Origin: an uncultured Acidobacteriota bacterium
Lineage (GTDB): Bacteria > Acidobacteriota > Terriglobia > UBA7540
DNA length: 64,000 bases
Direction of reading: 5' to 3'
NCBI GenBank assembly: GCA_963804995.1
Contig: CAWDSK010000002.1
Coordinates: forward strand, 384,001 to 448,000
Positions 1-11,297 of the stretch are shown piece by piece. The translations under genes and the position numbers were made by a program. The number at the start of each line of letters is the position of its first letter. Positions within the stretch are counted from its first letter, which is position 1. The notes below the pieces were generated by a model. It did no database searches. It was not told where the DNA came from and worked only from the letters and a program-made list of their open reading frames with translations.

Positions 1-2
1 AC

Positions 3-1274
3 GCGGCAGGCAAAGCCTTGCGCTTGACCGGCGCCATGATGGACCTTAGCGACCGCAAACGCGCCGAGAAAGAATTGGAATGGGCGAAAGACGCCGCCGA
101 AGCCGCCAGCCGCGCCAAGAGCGAGTTCGTGGCCAATATGAGCCATGAGATCCGAACCCCCATGAATGGCATCGTCGGGATGACGGAACTGGTGCTCGAG
201 ACGGAACTCACCCCGCAGCAGCGGGAACACCTTGGCATGGTCAAGGCTTGCGCGGAGTCCCTGCTCGATATCATCAATGACATCCTCGACTTTTCCAAGA
301 TCGAGGCGGGCAAGCTGGACCTCCAAGCCCTGCAGTTCGACGTGCGCGACACGGTGGAATCCACGGTGAAGTTTCTGGAGATGCGGGCGAGTGAGAAAGG
401 TCTGGAACTCGAGAGCCATGTTGAAGCTACCGTTCCCCAGACGTTGCTGGGTGACCCGGGCCGCCTCCGTCAAATTCTCATCAACCTGACGGGTAACGCC
501 GTCAAGTTTACCGAGCAGGGCAAGGTTATCGTCCGGCTTGAGTGCGAACCCCCGGACGGAACATTCATAGTCCTCCACTTCAGTGTTAAGGATCCGGGGA
601 TCGGCATCCCGCGCGAAAAGCATGAAACTATCTTCGACGCTTTTACCCAAGCAGACGGTTCGACCGCTCGTCGCCACGGCGGCACAGGTCTGGGGCTGAC
701 CATTTCCAAGCGTCTGGTTGAACTGATGGGCGGACGCATCTGGGTGGAAAGCGAACCGGGTCAGGGCAGCACTTTCCACTTTACGGCCAGACTAAAGGCA
801 GGGAAACCAGCGCGGCTATCTCCACCCACTTCGCTGGACCACAAAAACTTGCCTGCGCCGACGGCGGAGGAAAGAAAGCTGCGCGTGATGTTAGTGGAAG
901 ACAATCCCGTAAATCAGACGCTGGCTTTGCGCTTGCTTGAGAAACACGGGCACCAGGTGACCGTGGTGGGTGATGGGCGCAAGGCCTTGGCCACCATGGG
1001 CCGGGACAGGTTTGATATTGTCCTGATGGACGTCCAGATGCCTGAGATGGACGGGTTCGAAGCGACCGCCGTGATCCGGGAAAGAGAACAATCAATCGGC
1101 GGGCACCTGCCCATTATTGCCATGACCGCCCACGCCATGAAAGGTGACCGGGAGCGGTGCCTTTCCGCCGGCATGGACGGATATGTATCGAAGCCAATCC
1201 GCATCCAGGAATTGTTCATGGTCATTGACGATGTGCTGAGTCGGGACCCGCACCTTCCGTTAGGGGAAATGTGA
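3..1274 (+). CDS. Hybrid sensor histidine kinase/response regulator, 5'-truncated by the window edge
   Basis: HisKA H-box ([15 protein letters not shown]), HATPase N/G boxes ([17 protein letters not shown]) and a C-terminal REC domain (LMDVQMP..DG, YVSKP). The frame is open to the window start. Confidence 0.93.
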   Translation, partial: AAGKALRLTGAMMDLSDRKRAEKELEWAKDAAEAASRAKSEFVANMSHEIRTPMNGIVGMTELVLETELTPQQREHLGMVKACAESLLDIINDILDFSKIEAGKLDLQALQFDVRDTVESTVKFLEMRASEKGLELESHVEATVPQTLLGDPGRLRQILINLTGNAVKFTEQGKVIVRLECEPPDGTFIVLHFSVKDPGIGIPREKHETIFDAFTQADGSTARRHGGTGLGLTISKRLVELMGGRIWVESEPGQGSTFHFTARLKAGKPARLSPPTSLDHKNLPAPTAEERKLRVMLVEDNPVNQTLALRLLEKHGHQVTVVGDGRKALATMGRDRFDIVLMDVQMPEMDGFEATAVIREREQSIGGHLPIIAMTAHAMKGDRERCLSAGMDGYVSKPIRIQELFMVIDDVLSRDPHLPLGEM

Positions 1275-1335
1275 CCGTGGCTCCCGTAACACCGTATCGC
1301 CAAGCCGGAATGGATTGTTCTTATACTAAATAGCC

Positions 1336-2302
1336 TCAGTACCCGGCGTGCTTGTCGACGATGTTTTCGAGCGGCTGTCCCTTCACAAATCTCTCCAGAT
1401 TCTCGAGGAAGAATTGCAAGGACAGGGCTTGCCAGTCGGGAGTGTGGTCCGCGATATGAGGAGAAAGCAGAAGGTTATCCAGTCCGTAAAAAGCGTGACC
1501 GGCCGGCAGCGGCTCGGTCTCAAAGACGTCCAATGCCGCACCCCGGATGCGATTTCCCTCCAGCGCCCGGACCAGTGCGGCCTCGTCAATGGACCAACCC
1601 CTGCCCACATTAATCAGAACCGCTTCGCGCTTCATGGCGTTGATCTCAGCCTCACCGATCAACTTGCGAGTCTGGCGCGTGGCGGGGGCAGCCAGCACTA
1701 CATAATCCGAGAGCGCCAGCAATTCGAGAAGGCGATCCGCGCCGAAGACGCGGTCCAGCAGCCGGTCGCCCGCGGAAAGCTCCGGCCGCCGCCGCAGGCC
1801 GATCAGGGTCATTCCGAAGGGTTCGAGCCAGTTTCGCACAGGCGCGGCCGGTCTCACCGTAGCCGATAATCCCCATCACCTTGCCGCCAATTTCCTCCAC
1901 GTCGTACCGCTCCCACACCCGCGCTTCCTGGTTGCGCAACATGCGCCGTAAATCCTTGGCGAAGTACAGCGCGCTGGTAATCACAAACTCAGCCAGGGAT
2001 TCCTTGAACACGCCCCGCGCGTTAGTCATCACTACGGGACTTCGAACCACATCCGGGATGAGGTACGATTCGACGCCGGCCGAGAACGAATGCAACCAGC
2101 GCAGGCGAGTCGCCTTGGGGAAGACGGCTTCCAGCAGCTTCACATCCGCGGCAATCATGATGACATCGGCTTTGGGGGCCACCTCTTGCAAGACGTCCAA
2201 CTGATCGCTGATGGTAACGTGCAGCGATTCCGGCAGGCGCCGCAGGGGTTCGAGGTAGTTACCTTGGGGGTTGTCGATCACCAGCACTGTAGTCTCGGCC
2301 AT
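1336..2302 (-). CDS. D-2-hydroxyacid dehydrogenase (NAD-binding), apparent frameshift near 1822
   Basis: The N-half (MTNARG, GIIGYGETG) and C-half (INVGRG, LDVFETEPL, SPHIA) are in different frames and join if one extra base near 1822 is removed. Confidence 0.88.
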
Positions 2303-2386
2303 AGGTTCTCAATCCTCATCGTCCCAGGAGGATCAGATTGGGACTACGCAAGTTTTGGATTTTGGGCCACAAGGGTAGCTCGCCGG

Positions 2387-3709
2387 TCAACCCTGGCCCA
2401 TCTCGGGAACCGGTTCAGTCACGATGCGGTGTGTAGCGTCAATGCCGAACCAGAGGGCCGCGGCGCCCACCGAAAAGACACTCGCCACACCAAAGGCAAC
2501 CGGCCAACCGAAGTGGCCGGCAATCCAGGGAGTCAGGATGGTTGAGAAGAATCCTCCCAGATTACTCCCGGTATTCAGAAAGCCGGTGGCAGCCCCGGCG
2601 CTGGCGCCGCTCATTTCTGCCATGCTTGCCCAGGTGGGTCCTTCCGCGGCCAAGGTCAGGGCTGCGCCCAGCGAGAGGATGACCACGGCAGCCTTGGGCC
2701 CCGGCACAATCCCTCCGAAGTAGACGAGCACGGCCGCGACGAGGAGCGTCACAATGGGAACAATGCGGCGGCCTTGACGGCGGCCGAACCGCAGGCTGAG
2801 GCGGTCACTGATGCCGCCGGCCAAAGGTGTGGTGATCGTGGCGACAATAAACGGAATCGAGGCCAGTATGCCACTCCCCAAGACGCTGAACTTTCGAATC
2901 TCCACAAGATAGTAATAGACCCACCAGATGAACATATAGCTGGCGTAAGATTCGGCGCCATAGGCGAGCGTCAGCTTCCAGGCTTGCATGCTCTTGAGGA
3001 TCAGCTTCAGGTCCGGGCCAGTCGGTTTCTGTGCACTGTCCGTTACTGGGTCGCTGCGGATAAATGCCAGCTCAGCCGCGTTGACGCCGCGATGCTGCTC
3101 CGGGCGGTCCTTGCCGTAGGCCATCCAAATCAACACCAGGGTAGGAGCCATGAGGGAAGTCACCATCATGGCATTCCGCCAACCCAGTTTGACCATGAGA
3201 TAGGAAATCAAAGGTGCGGTGACCGCGGTTCCCAACAGTCCTCCGGTTTGAACCCAGCCGTTCGCGAAGGCTCTTTCGGAGTTTGGAAACCAAAAGGAAA
3301 TTGCTTTGGCGCCCCCCGGAAAGGTGGGGCTTTGAGCAGCTCCCAAGATGGTGCGCAACGCCATCAGGCAAATAATGATGCCCACGGTGGACGTAAACAC
3401 CAGGTTGGGTGTAAGGGCTTGGCCAAAAGCCAGCACGGCCCAAATCAAAGCCGAAACGGACAGGATGAAGCGAGGACCATAACGGTCCAGGAACATGCCC
3501 GCCGGGGTCATGAAAACTGTGTAGCTGACCAGGAAGGAGGAAAATACCCAACCCAATTGCACCGGGGTGAGGTGGGTTTCCTGCATCAGGGGATGTTCGG
3601 CAATCGTAATATTGACTCGCAATACGTAGGCAGTAACGCTGAAGCCCACGAGGAGGATCAGGATCTTCCAGCGTACGCGTGAAGGATGCTCAGAGGATAT
3701 GGGGTTCAT
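2387..3709 (-). CDS. MFS transporter, anion:cation symporter (sugar-acid) type
   Basis: About 12 hydrophobic segments and motifs G.FLDRYGPR, WFPNSERAFANG, GFLNTGSNLGG. Start chosen at MNPISS. Confidence 0.88.
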   Translation of the reverse strand: MNPISSEHPSRVRWKILILLVGFSVTAYVLRVNITIAEHPLMQETHLTPVQLGWVFSSFLVSYTVFMTPAGMFLDRYGPRFILSVSALIWAVLAFGQALTPNLVFTSTVGIIICLMALRTILGAAQSPTFPGGAKAISFWFPNSERAFANGWVQTGGLLGTAVTAPLISYLMVKLGWRNAMMVTSLMAPTLVLIWMAYGKDRPEQHRGVNAAELAFIRSDPVTDSAQKPTGPDLKLILKSMQAWKLTLAYGAESYASYMFIWWVYYYLVEIRKFSVLGSGILASIPFIVATITTPLAGGISDRLSLRFGRRQGRRIVPIVTLLVAAVLVYFGGIVPGPKAAVVILSLGAALTLAAEGPTWASMAEMSGASAGAATGFLNTGSNLGGFFSTILTPWIAGHFGWPVAFGVASVFSVGAAALWFGIDATHRIVTEPVPEMGQG

Positions 3710-3911
3710 GGGGTTTAAGCAAACTCCTGGCGCAAGGTGGAGGCTGCCGGAATTCCGCATCAGGCTTGCTCACCTTGTCAGCCTCACCGCTTTCCAATCT
3801 GCCGCAAGATTTCGAGATTTCGTCGTTAACTGCCCTGACCTAGTGGCCAGTGGAATCATACGGTATCAACGCGCAAGTTGCCAATGAGTTTGGTGGTGGT
3901 TCAGTATGATT

Positions 3912-3980
3912 TTGTAGCGGCGAGTTTACCTCGCCATGTGGCGGCGTCCCGATCAGATCAGGATGAAAGCCGCCGCCATC
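3912..3980. repeat. GTAG-type REP doublet (REPIN-like), family copy 1
   Basis: TGTAGCGGCGAGTTTACCTCGCCA...GGCGGCG[TCCCGATCAGATCAGGA]..GCCGCC. Near-identical inverted copies at 53463-53536 and 63927-63997. Confidence 0.85.
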
Positions 3981-4016
3981 TGTACCACTACCGTGAGTTT
4001 TCCGTCACAAGACGCG

Positions 4017-4574
4017 TCAGGGCTTTCTGAGCAGGGCAGCGTGGCTGCGCCGAACCACCGGACGATCTGCCAACTCGAATCCAGCCTTGACCGCTGCCTG
4101 CAACTCGACTTCGAAATCCGCCGGCTTCACGTGCCCTGCTGGTTCGGCAAATAGCAAGGTGGCGCCGGGCTTCGAGGCCTGGGCGACCTCGCTGAAGAAG
4201 CGCTCAATCGCGGGAATCTCATGCACCAGGGCAAAGGCGAGAGTAAAGTCCACGCTTCCCGCAAGGTCGGCCAAGCCCAGGGAATCGGGCGCGGCCACAC
4301 GGGCGTCCACTCGCTCCCGCAACCCAGCGCGGGCCACGCGACGTTTGAGCGCAGCGATCATCTTGGACTGGATATCCACGGCCACCACGCGGCCAGAGGG
4401 TCCGACCCGGCGCGCCAGTTCAAGCGTAAAGAAGCCCATGCCAGGACCCGGCTCAAGCACCGTCATGCCTTCGTGAACGTAAGGGGCCACAGGCTCGCGC
4501 GGATCTTGCAGCAGGCGGCGTATGGGGCTGGCCAGCAAGTAGCCTAACCACCAGGGACAAACTCGATGTGACAT
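4017..4574 (-). CDS. Class I SAM-dependent methyltransferase
   Basis: MSHRVCPWW start; motif I VLEPGPGMGFF; VAVDIQ. The longer computed ORF overlaps the permease. Confidence 0.88.
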   Translation of the reverse strand: MSHRVCPWWLGYLLASPIRRLLQDPREPVAPYVHEGMTVLEPGPGMGFFTLELARRVGPSGRVVAVDIQSKMIAALKRRVARAGLRERVDARVAAPDSLGLADLAGSVDFTLAFALVHEIPAIERFFSEVAQASKPGATLLFAEPAGHVKPADFEVELQAAVKAGFELADRPVVRRSHAALLRKP

Positions 4575-4720
4575 TTTCCTCCACCTTTCCGCCGAGGGCG
4601 GTCGAAAGAGATCTGGTGAATGATCGCCAAGCCGAGCGCCGCCTAAATGGCTCGCAACTGCGGCCTGCCGTTTCGAAGCGGTAGTCGGCGTTGGCACTAG
4701 AGCCGCCGCTCGGAGCGTGG

Positions 4721-6121
4721 CTACGCGTGCCGTCTGCTGCGCCAAACTGCATAAGCCAGCGAAAGCGTGGCAAGCCAGGGAACTCCGCTGAGCAAGGTTA
4801 TGCGCATGCCGGGTGTAAACCAAGTGGATACGGTTACCAAAACCAGTCCTGCCAGCGCCAGCCCATTCAGCCACGGGAAGCCGGGCATCCAAAACGCCGC
4901 CTTGTCGCCCCGGTGCGAGCGGCGGAACCGCAGGTGGGTGAGGAGAATCATCATCCACACAAAGAGGCCCGTAAACAGCGAGATTCCCACCAGAGCCAGG
5001 TAAGCCCCTTGAGGAAAATATATTTCCGCGAGGACGGCCAGGAGCATGCCGCCGCCGGAGGTGGCTAGTGCATAAATGGGAATACCTCGGCGCGTGGTGC
5101 GCCCCAGGCCGGCGGGCGCATAGCCCCCACGCGCCAGCGAAAAGGCCATGCGCGCTGAAAGATAAAGCAGGGCGTTGGCGCTGGAGAGCGCGGCGCTCAG
5201 TACCACCAGGTTCATCAGTGTGGGCGCGGCGCTAAGGCCTGCGGCTTGGAAGGCGCGCACGAAGGGGCTTGCCTCCAGGCCCGCCGCACGCCAGGGCACG
5301 AGCCCCACCATAATGGCGATACCGCCGATATAGAAAAGCCCCAGGCGCCAGAAGACCGAACGCATAGCGCGGGGGATGGAGCGGCCAGGGTCGCGCGTCT
5401 CCCCGGCGGCAACCGCTACCTCCTCCACGCCGAAATAGCTGAACGTGGCGAGCGAGCTCGCCAGCAGTACGCCGCGCCAGCCGTTGGGGAGAAATCCCCC
5501 CTGCCCGGTGTAATTGCTGAGGCCACGCGCCGGGAACGGCCCCCAACCGAACAGCAACACCAGCCCGACCACAATGAATATTACGATGGTTAATACCTTT
5601 ATAAAGGCCAACCAGAATTGGAACTCACCGAAACTCGAGACGGTCCAGGCATTGGCGGCGAGCAGGACCAGGGAGAAGACCACCACCCAGATCCACCCTG
5701 GCACGCGGGGGAACCAGAAACCGCAGTAGATGGCAGCGGCGACCACCTCGCTGCCCACTGCGATACTCACTCCCAACCAGTAGGAGTAACGCATGGTGAA
5801 TCCGGCCCAGGGGTGGACGTAGATTTCCGCGTAAACGCCAAACGCGCCGGCCACGGGATGCACAACCGCCATCTCCGCTAGCGACCAGGAGATGACTAAG
5901 GCGATAAATCCCGCGAAGATATAGGAAAGAATCACGCCGGGGCCGGCCAGATGCACGGAGACGCCTGAGCCCAGGAAGAACCCGGTGCCGATTGCCCCGC
6001 CCAGCGCGATCATGCCCACCTGCCGGGGACTGAGCCGGCGCGCCAGCGTGTCCTCACGCGCCGTGACGGCATGCGGTTCGGGAGGACCCGATGATAAAGG
6101 CGGTAAAGGACGGCTTGTCAA
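4721..6121 (-). CDS. Amino acid permease (APC family)
   Basis: LSPRQVGMIALGGAIGTGFFLG, FSYFGVE..AGE, LNLVVLSAALSSANA-like motifs. Start uncertain (TTG 6121). Confidence 0.92.
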   Translation of the reverse strand: MTSRPLPPLSSGPPEPHAVTAREDTLARRLSPRQVGMIALGGAIGTGFFLGSGVSVHLAGPGVILSYIFAGFIALVISWSLAEMAVVHPVAGAFGVYAEIYVHPWAGFTMRYSYWLGVSIAVGSEVVAAAIYCGFWFPRVPGWIWVVVFSLVLLAANAWTVSSFGEFQFWLAFIKVLTIVIFIVVGLVLLFGWGPFPARGLSNYTGQGGFLPNGWRGVLLASSLATFSYFGVEEVAVAAGETRDPGRSIPRAMRSVFWRLGLFYIGGIAIMVGLVPWRAAGLEASPFVRAFQAAGLSAAPTLMNLVVLSAALSSANALLYLSARMAFSLARGGYAPAGLGRTTRRGIPIYALATSGGGMLLAVLAEIYFPQGAYLALVGISLFTGLFVWMMILLTHLRFRRSHRGDKAAFWMPGFPWLNGLALAGLVLVTVSTWFTPGMRITLLSGVPWLATLSLAYAVWRSRRHA

Positions 6122-6314
6122 GACCTCGCCATGGTAATGGTACGTCGACGGCTGGTCAACAGGAGGTCGCTTGGAACCGCAGGCGGAGTGCGCCGCCTGC
6201 ACAATCTGTCATCGCGCCTCGAGCCTGTCGCGACGGTTTTCCCCGTCGCTTCTAAAACTGCGTCCGACCAAATTTGTGGTGACAAATTCGCTTTAGTGAT
6301 ACAAGAGCCCCATC

Positions 6315-7802
6315 ATGCATTCACACTTCTCAGCTTTTGATTGGGTGCTGGTCATTGGCTTCCTCATTCTCTATGGCTGGTTGGGCATCGCTGCGAAAAA
6401 GCGTGCTGGTACGCTCAACGATTTTCTGGTGATGGGAAGGAAGCTGGGTCCGATTTGGGGCGTCGCCACGCTCTCCGCGACGGAGACGGGCCTGGTAACC
6501 CTGATCTACTTTGCCGAGGAAGCCTACCTCAGCGGCTTCGTGGCCATAATCCTGGCCGGCATCGCGGCCCTTACCATGTGGATGGTCGGGTGGACCGGCT
6601 TCGTCATCAGGAAGCTGCGCGAACTGCGCGTGCGCACCGTGCCGGAGTACCTGGAGACTCGCTTCAATATCAAGGTCCGGTGGATCGCCGGCCTGGCTTC
6701 CTTTGTGGTCGGCATTCTGAACCTGGGAATCTTCCTCCAGGTGGAGGGAGCTTTTCTCACCGTAATCATGGGCCTGCGACCAAGCTTCCTGCCGTTGATG
6801 ATGGGCATCCTCCTGGCCGTGGTGCTGGCTTACACGGCGCTCGGCGGCATGTTCTCCGTGGTGTACACCGACATCGCGCAATTCGTTCTGGTCGTGGTGG
6901 GAGTCACCGTTGCGTCATTCCTGATCATCCGCGCCGCAGGAGGCTGGGGCCACATGGCCGCGGTGGTGATGACGCGCTACGGAAGCGGCGGTTTCACTTT
7001 CTGGGATTCGCCTCGCTACGGGATTCTCTTCCTGGTCTGGTCAGCCCTTTACTACCTGGCAGGGTGGAGTTCCTGGCAACCGGTGGTGGCGCGCGTACTC
7101 AGCATGCGGGATATCGAGACCGGCCTGCATCTGTACAGGCTCAGCAGCGTGTTCATGTTCCTGCGCGCCGCGGTGCCGATGGTCTGGGGCATCGGGGCGC
7201 TGGTCATCGTAGGAACCGTCACGCCTTCGAGCGCCGCGCTACAAACCGTAATGGTCCGCATCCTGCCCGCGGGATTGATTGGCCTCACCACCGTCGCCTT
7301 CGTCTCCGCGACCATGTCCACGTTCTCGAGCTATTTTCTCGCCTTCAGTTCCATCCTGCTCCAGGATGTGATTGCGCCGCTGCTCCGCAAACCTCCTTCT
7401 GACGCTGTGCGCTTGAAGCTGATGCAACTCTGCACGGTGGGGATGGGTGTAGTCATTTACATCTGGGCTTCCTTCTATCACTTTCCGGAATCCGTGTTCC
7501 GTTACCTTACCGTGACGGGTTCCATTTCCTTCGCGGCCACACTGACCACACTCGTGGGAGGAATTTATTGGAAGAGGGCAAGCGTGTGGGGCGCGTACTT
7601 CGCTTTCGTGGGAAGCACGATCTTCCCCGCCATCTGCCTGGCGCGGCCTTCCTTTTCACCTACCGTGGCGGGGTTGCTCAGCTTCGGGCTGGCGCCACTC
7701 GGCATGATCCTGGGCTCGCTGGCTTACCCCAACCGCCGCGCCGGGGAAGGTGTCCGCGTACACCTGGACCAGGTTTCCCAGGAGGCCGGAACATTCTCGT
7801 AG
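6315..7802 (+). CDS. Sodium:solute symporter family protein
   Basis: DFLVMGR, TVPEYLETRF, YTALGGMFSVVYTDIAQ, SATMST motifs; polytopic membrane protein. Confidence 0.92.
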   Translation: MHSHFSAFDWVLVIGFLILYGWLGIAAKKRAGTLNDFLVMGRKLGPIWGVATLSATETGLVTLIYFAEEAYLSGFVAIILAGIAALTMWMVGWTGFVIRKLRELRVRTVPEYLETRFNIKVRWIAGLASFVVGILNLGIFLQVEGAFLTVIMGLRPSFLPLMMGILLAVVLAYTALGGMFSVVYTDIAQFVLVVVGVTVASFLIIRAAGGWGHMAAVVMTRYGSGGFTFWDSPRYGILFLVWSALYYLAGWSSWQPVVARVLSMRDIETGLHLYRLSSVFMFLRAAVPMVWGIGALVIVGTVTPSSAALQTVMVRILPAGLIGLTTVAFVSATMSTFSSYFLAFSSILLQDVIAPLLRKPPSDAVRLKLMQLCTVGMGVVIYIWASFYHFPESVFRYLTVTGSISFAATLTTLVGGIYWKRASVWGAYFAFVGSTIFPAICLARPSFSPTVAGLLSFGLAPLGMILGSLAYPNRRAGEGVRVHLDQVSQEAGTFS

Positions 7803-7959
7803 AGAAATCGGAAAGGCGGAGCTAAAGATTCTTTGTGAAAACTTGGAATCGTAGCGGCTGGTTTGTTGCAGGGGCGCTTCCCGATCAGATCGGGACAGGT
7901 CGCGAAGCGCCCCTGTTGGTTTTTCCCCAGCCCCTAGTCCCAAGCCCCCAGCACCTGCT

Positions 7960-9288
7960 CTACGACAGCATGCTCGCGTTCTTCTGCACCTTGTCGAACG
8001 CCGTCAAGATATCGTCAACGTCGCTCTTTTCGCCGACGAGCATGTTTTGCTCGAGGTAAAGGGCCGTTTTGCACAACTCGTCGTTCTGCGGAAGGTGGTT
8101 CCCCCGGCGGTATTTCTCCAGGCGCTCCGCTGAGAACACTGACTGGAAGCTGCGCAGGTTAAGGCTGTGCTCGATGAAGGGTTCCTTGTTCATCGGGGGA
8201 TAACCATCGACCGCCATAATACCCTCTGCCCTGAGGGCTCGGACGACCAGATTGCGCGGCACATGGTTGAACTGCTCGGGATCATAACGAAGGCCGAAGC
8301 AGTAGTAGTTTTGATGCGTCGATTCAGGGTAATGCTCCTGCAACAACACGCCAGGCATTTTCTTCATCTCTTCCCGCAAATAGGCCGCGTGCTTATCCCG
8401 CTTGGCACACAGCGCGTCGTAGCGTTCAAGCTGCCCCATCAACGCCGCCGCGGCAAAATCGGAGATGCGATACTTAAATCCACGCGTCGCATAATGGTGG
8501 GTTTTGGGGTCTGAGCCGAAGTTTCTGTACATGTATGCCCTGGCGATCAGCTCTTCATCATTGCTCACCAGCGCGCCGGCCTCGCCGCCAGGCAGATTCT
8601 TGGTTTCCTGGAAGCTGAAGCAACCCATAATCCCGAACGTGCCGACGTGCTTCCCCCTCCACTCCGTATTGTGTCCCTGGCAGGAGTCCTCAATGACCGG
8701 GATGTTGTGCTTCTTGCCGATGGCCAGGACTTTATCCAGATTGGCGGGAGCGCCGTACATGTGGACGGGCATGATGGCGCGGGTGTGCTCGGTGATTCGG
8801 TGTTCGATGTCGTCCGCGTCGATTTGGAAAGTCTTCAGATCGGAGTCCGCGAAAACGGGCAGGGCGAAGCTGTGCATGATGGCCTGGAGGGTGGCGATGA
8901 AGGTGTATGGCGCGACGATGACTTCGTCCCCCGGGCCTACGCCAATCAGTTCCAGGGCCATTTGCAGAGCGTGGGTTCCGCACGGCGTCATGACGCAGCC
9001 GGGGGTGCCGACTCTTCCCGCCCATGCCTTCTCAAACTTGGGAATGAACTCTCCATCCATGGTGCACCAGCGGTGGTTGCGGAGCGACTTGAGGATGTAC
9101 TGGTCATCAGCCTCAGCGGTCTGGGGCCAATCGGGAAAGGGGGTGGAGCGAACCGGCGTGCCTCCGTGCAAGGCCAGAGCGTTGGGGTTGCCCGAAGCGG
9201 CAAGGCTGCGGGGGACGACGCTGGCCGCGGCCAATCCCACTGAGGTCGTGCCTAGGAACTCTCGTCGCGTCAAGGATGACTTTCGCAT
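7960..9288 (-). CDS. DegT/DnrJ/EryC1/StrS-family PLP aminotransferase with a Tat signal peptide
   Basis: N-terminal SLTRREFL twin-arginine motif; GTHAL, PVHMYG, IEDSCQ and FSFQETKNL (PLP lysine). Confidence 0.92.
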   Translation of the reverse strand: MRKSSLTRREFLGTTSVGLAAASVVPRSLAASGNPNALALHGGTPVRSTPFPDWPQTAEADDQYILKSLRNHRWCTMDGEFIPKFEKAWAGRVGTPGCVMTPCGTHALQMALELIGVGPGDEVIVAPYTFIATLQAIMHSFALPVFADSDLKTFQIDADDIEHRITEHTRAIMPVHMYGAPANLDKVLAIGKKHNIPVIEDSCQGHNTEWRGKHVGTFGIMGCFSFQETKNLPGGEAGALVSNDEELIARAYMYRNFGSDPKTHHYATRGFKYRISDFAAAALMGQLERYDALCAKRDKHAAYLREEMKKMPGVLLQEHYPESTHQNYYCFGLRYDPEQFNHVPRNLVVRALRAEGIMAVDGYPPMNKEPFIEHSLNLRSFQSVFSAERLEKYRRGNHLPQNDELCKTALYLEQNMLVGEKSDVDDILTAFDKVQKNASMLS

Positions 9289-9483
9289 GGACTCACTTCT
9301 CCTTTGTGGAAAGGTTTTGCGCTGGTGGAATGAAGCACCCGTCTACTCGCGCCTGCCCTAACCTTACTGCGCAGGGTACGGCATGTCAACTGCGTGCGGC
9401 TGGGAAGCGGTTTGGCGAGCGGAACGCGACGGAACCGCATGTGAAAAGTCATAGGAAGAAAACGCATGGGGTTGGGAGATTAA

Positions 9484-9547
9484 GTGGGACCTCGCTCGCT
9501 ATGCCCCGCGGAGAGCAACTTGTGGGACATGTCCCACAATGACAAAA
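9484..9547 (+). repeat. Dispersed intergenic repeat with GTGGGAC boxes, copy 1
   Basis: 61/64 identical to 45256-45319; a diverged inverted copy lies at about 57100-57185. Confidence 0.8.
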
Positions 9548-9894
9548 AGTCGTGGAGCCTGCAAAATCAGACCAAGCGCGCACGCCACGCCGAGCCTGAC
9601 TTCCACGCCCCACGCCAGGTTCTTCCTGTACCGATTGAGGCAAGGTATTGCGGCAAAGAATCCGCCCGTTTTGGGGGTCTCCGGATTTTGCATAGGACGC
9701 ACCGCCCACCCCCAAAACCCGGGGGCCACCCCACGCTAGCCGGTTGCTCTCCCGGTCCGCGGCAAATTATCGCTAATGAAGGGCTTCTCAAATCCGTGTG
9801 CAGGCAGGCGCTCATTGTTGATACTGTCCTTTCAGCATATAATCCCCCTTGGCTCCACGCGCGTTCAAGCAGTCACCTTACTGTCCTTCCTGAT

Positions 9895-11209
9895 ATGTAT
9901 CTTGTTTACAGCATGCTCTTCACGCTGGGTGCGATACTAAGTGCGCCTTTCTATCTGTGGCGGAAGGGCGGCAAAATGGGGGGTGGCTTCTGGCGCGAGC
10001 GGTTGGGGCGCATCCCTTTTGAGGAAGCCCGCCCGGGGGCAATCTGGGTTCACGCGGTTTCCGTAGGTGAGACGGTCGCGGTGGCGGGCCTGGTGCAGGA
10101 AATCCAACGGGCGTTTCCCGAACGCAAAATCTATCTCAGTCACATCACACCGGCGGGCCGTGAGGCCGGAGCCGCGCGTTTGCCGGCCATCGCGGGCCGC
10201 TTCTATCTTCCCCTCGATTGGGGATGGGCGGTGCGCCGGGCTCTGGCACGACTGCGGCCGGCGTTGCTGCTAGTGGTGGAAACGGAATTATGGCCAAACC
10301 TTCTGCGCGAGGCGCAGCAAGCGGGCACGCGGGTGGTGGTGGTAAACGCGCGGCTTTCGGTGCGGTCGGCGGGCCGTTACAAACTGGCACGGCCGTTCAT
10401 GCGCCGCGTGTTGGCTGATGTGGACGCCATCTGCGCGCAGTCGGAAGCGGATGCGGAGCGTTTCCGCCAGATTGGCGCCAAGCCCGAGCGCGTCAGAGTG
10501 GCCGGCAATCTTAAGTTTGACGCGCAGCCGCCGCAGCTTGGTGAGTTGGCGCGAGCCTTGAAGGCGGTCCTCCACCAGGCGCAGAGGGGTCCCGTGCTGG
10601 TGGCGGCCAGCACCATGCCGGGCGAAGAGCCGCTGGTCCTGGAAGCCTGGGACCTGATCCAGGCACGCTACCAGAAGGCGCTGCTGATTCTCGCTCCCCG
10701 CCACCCGGCGCGCTTCGACGAGGTGGACCAATACCTTGCGAAAGCGGGCCGCCGATTTATTCGCCGCACGACCCTGAAGGTTGAGAAGGGGGAGTTGTCC
10801 GGGCAGCTTGCCGCGGCCAACATTCTCTTATTGGATACGATTGGGGAACTAGCGGGAATTTTCGAAGTGGCCGATCTGGTTTTCATTGGCGGCAGCCTGG
10901 TTCCCACCGGCGGGCACAACCTGCTCGAAGCCGCTTACTGGTCGAAGGTGATCGCCTTCGGGCCGCACATGGAAAACTTCCGCGACATCGCCAGGCTCTT
11001 TCTGGACGCGGGCGCGGCCATCCAAATCCGCACCCCCGGGGAATTGGCCGAAACCACCTGGCTGCTGGAAAACTCCGAGACCCGGAACCGCCTGGGCGCG
11101 AGTGCCCGGCAGGTTCTGGAGGAGAATTCCGGCGCGACGGCGCGCACGCTCGAACTGTCTGCGGGAATTTCTGGCCCACGACGCCGAGGCCGCAAAGAAA
11201 ACAGATTAG
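9895..11209 (+). CDS. waaA: 3-deoxy-D-manno-octulosonic acid (Kdo) transferase, probable frameshift near 11154
   Basis: IWVHAVSVGE, ETELWPN, APRHPARF, DTIGEL, GGSLVPTGGHNLLE. Removing one base near 11154 gives a short, plausible C-terminus ending at TAG 11209. Confidence 0.93.
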
Positions 11210-11297
11210 TTATTTTTCTTGAATTCTCCGCGCCTATCGGAGCCAGACCAAAGCTGAAGGCATGGATGGAATTGTCGTAAACTCGCCGGAAGGCGTC

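Noticed and set aside
9484..9894. 137-aa N-terminal extension of WaaA in the ORF track
   Set aside because: It is a translation of the dispersed repeat and intergenic DNA; WaaA-like sequence begins at ATG 9895.
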